Of a stretch of 64,000 nt of DNA, positions 62,572-64,000 are shown piece by piece (position 1 is the stretch's first letter; each line of letters opens with the position of its first letter). Below the pieces are notes generated by a model, which saw only the letters and a program-made list of their open reading frames with translations, was not told the DNA's origin and made no database searches. Both the position numbers and the translations under genes were made by a program. The DNA is from Patescibacteria group bacterium. Its GTDB lineage: Bacteria > Patescibacteriota > Patescibacteriia > UBA9934. The stretch covers positions 314,758 through 378,757 of the forward strand of contig JAGORL010000001.1 in the NCBI GenBank assembly GCA_018062825.1, written 5' to 3'.

Positions 62572-64000
62572 GTCCACATGACCCAATCGGACCTTTTGGT
62601 CTAGCACAAACAGGTGATGACTGGGCAGTAAACGCCGAGTCTGGCTTAGATGCGGGGGAGATGATGCTCTCAGGAAGAGCGATCGAAAATAAACGGTCGG
62701 TTACTGCGCCGCTTACGCTGTGGCGCCGCCGCTTTGGCAGTATTCTTATCGGGCTATTTGTCGTTGGTGTTCTTGGTCGCAGTGCCTATTTGCAGGTAGC
62801 GCGCGGTGAGGAGCTGCGTTTAATCGCAGAGAATAACCGTACCCGAGCCGTAGCTTTGCCGGCACAGCGGGGCATTATTACCGATAGGAACGGCATCGTG
62901 CTTGCGGAGAACTTGCCAGCATTTCGTTTGCTTGCTTGGCCGCGTGAGTTAGGAAGTCAGGACGACGGTGGCTTCGGGTTGTTATTAGCTGCTGCAGATT
63001 TATTTGATGAAGACGTGGGGGAGTTTGCCCAGAAGGTAGCGCTGGCTCAATCGCAAGATGAATCGGTGCTGCTTATTGATAACGCCGACTATGAAGCAGC
63101 CATGTCGTTTCTCGCAAACGAGGCGCAGTACCCTGGGCTCGTGGTCGAGCTTGGTCAAGAGCGCGGGTACTTCACGACCGACATTCCAACGCTCTCACAT
63201 ATTCTTGGCTACATCGGTCCGATTGCCTCAGAAGAGTATGCTGCGCTTCAAGAGGACGGATATCGTCGCTTTGACAGTGTAGGTAAGCAAGGCGTTGAGG
63301 ATTCATTTGAAAAAGAGTTGCGCGGTATCTTTGGCAGCACGGTGTATGAGGTAGATGCGCAAGGTAGAGCGGTACGCGCCATTTCAACCACGCTTCCTGT
63401 ACACGGCACAGATCTCACGCTTGCCATTGATGCTCGCCTGCAAGCGTATGTTGAGCAGGTACTTGCTGAGCACTTAGCGGATAACCCGGTACAGCGTGCC
63501 GCGGTTGTAGCAATGGACCCAGTTACTGGAGAGGTGCTCGCCCTTGTTTCCTACCCGTCCTTTGACGCTAACCTCTTTGCGCGTGGTATTAGTCAGGCGG
63601 ATTACACGGCGCTCATTGAAGATGAGAATACACCACTCTTTGCTCGCGCGTTTGCGGGTGAATATCCAAGTGGTTCGGTTATCAAGCCAACCTTTGCCGC
63701 CGCCGCTTTAGCAGAAGGCGTTGTCACACCCGCAACCACCTTTACTTCCGTTGGCGGTCTATGGCTCGGAGACCGCTTCTTTCCTGACTGGAAGCCAGGG
63801 GGCCATGGCATAACAAATGTCTATCACGCTATCGCTGACTCGGTGAACACCTACTTCTACATGATCGGTGGTGGCAATGAGGCCTTCCCGGGCATGGGAC
63901 TTGATACGCTCATGAGGTATGCCAAGCTGTTTGGTTACGGTGAGCAGTCAGGACTCTTGATCCCAAGTGAGGCCGATGGCTTCTTGCCAAGCAAGGAATG
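62568..64000 (+). CDS. mrdA: Penicillin-binding protein 2 (peptidoglycan D,D-transpeptidase MrdA), N-terminal ~477 aa. Runs off the window end.
   Basis: N-terminal TM. PBP dimerisation domain (RGIITDRNG..LA). SxxK active site (GSVIKP) near the end of the window. No stop before 64000. Confidence 0.8.
   Translation, partial: MSPHDPIGPFGLAQTGDDWAVNAESGLDAGEMMLSGRAIENKRSVTAPLTLWRRRFGSILIGLFVVGVLGRSAYLQVARGEELRLIAENNRTRAVALPAQRGIITDRNGIVLAENLPAFRLLAWPRELGSQDDGGFGLLLAAADLFDEDVGEFAQKVALAQSQDESVLLIDNADYEAAMSFLANEAQYPGLVVELGQERGYFTTDIPTLSHILGYIGPIASEEYAALQEDGYRRFDSVGKQGVEDSFEKELRGIFGSTVYEVDAQGRAVRAISTTLPVHGTDLTLAIDARLQAYVEQVLAEHLADNPVQRAAVVAMDPVTGEVLALVSYPSFDANLFARGISQADYTALIEDENTPLFARAFAGEYPSGSVIKPTFAAAALAEGVVTPATTFTSVGGLWLGDRFFPDWKPGGHGITNVYHAIADSVNTYFYMIGGGNEAFPGMGLDTLMRYAKLFGYGEQSGLLIPSEADGFLPSKE

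Overview
This 64-kb window is a chromosomal segment of a bacterium with roughly 48-50% background GC. Gene density is high, and start/stop overlaps are frequent. Phylum is uncertain.

Core content seen in the sequence:
- Housekeeping genes: metG (GTG start, short form), pepA, rsmI, tatD, cvpA, greA, an ABC-F ATPase, a 2-Cys peroxiredoxin, ogt, alkD-like, an msrB/ccdA redox pair, an ECF sigma/anti-sigma pair, an ABC-2 exporter, and a UvrD-type helicase fused to a C-terminal RecB/Cas4-like nuclease.
- The rod-shape cluster mreB-mreC-mreD-mrdA; mrdA runs off the 3' end of the window.
- A minus-strand run of small stress, metal and redox-type genes at 8.2-13 kb: cupin, hemerythrin, DUF2200, YdeI-like, DUF1059, AHSA1/SRPBCC, MerR-TipAS and an SGNH hydrolase.
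- A giant 2183-aa secreted repeat protein with Calx-beta-like domains and thrombospondin type-3 calcium-binding repeats.

The most notable region is an AT-rich (~40% GC), ~7-kb integrated element at 13.1-20.2 kb that abuts a tRNA-Asn(GUU).
- It carries two uncharacterised divergent cargo genes, a Rep_trans-type rolling-circle initiator, an excisionase-family HTH, and a Type II R-M pair (a beta-class DPPY methyltransferase plus an overlapping motif-less ORF).
- Its large serine recombinase gene ends with its stop codon exactly in the tRNA anticodon loop, so the tRNA 3' half lies inside the gene's 3' end.
- That recombinase is broken by an exact 11-bp tandem duplication.

Other noteworthy structure:
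- Several short GC-rich islets (58-66% GC), each monocistronic with its own intrinsic terminator.
  - One 3-gene islet carries identical duplicated 31-bp terminator hairpins.
  - Two islets contain paralogs of an unrecognised protein family; their terminators are conserved and show a compensatory base-pair change.
- A candidate ~125-nt sRNA between a consensus sigma70 promoter and a terminator.
- A GC-rich ~350-bp terminator-bounded segment of unknown nature.
- A protein with two tandem degenerate class-III cyclase-like domains.
- A duplicated REP-like hairpin and a perfect palindrome over the msrB 5' end.

No CRISPR array or rRNA was found.
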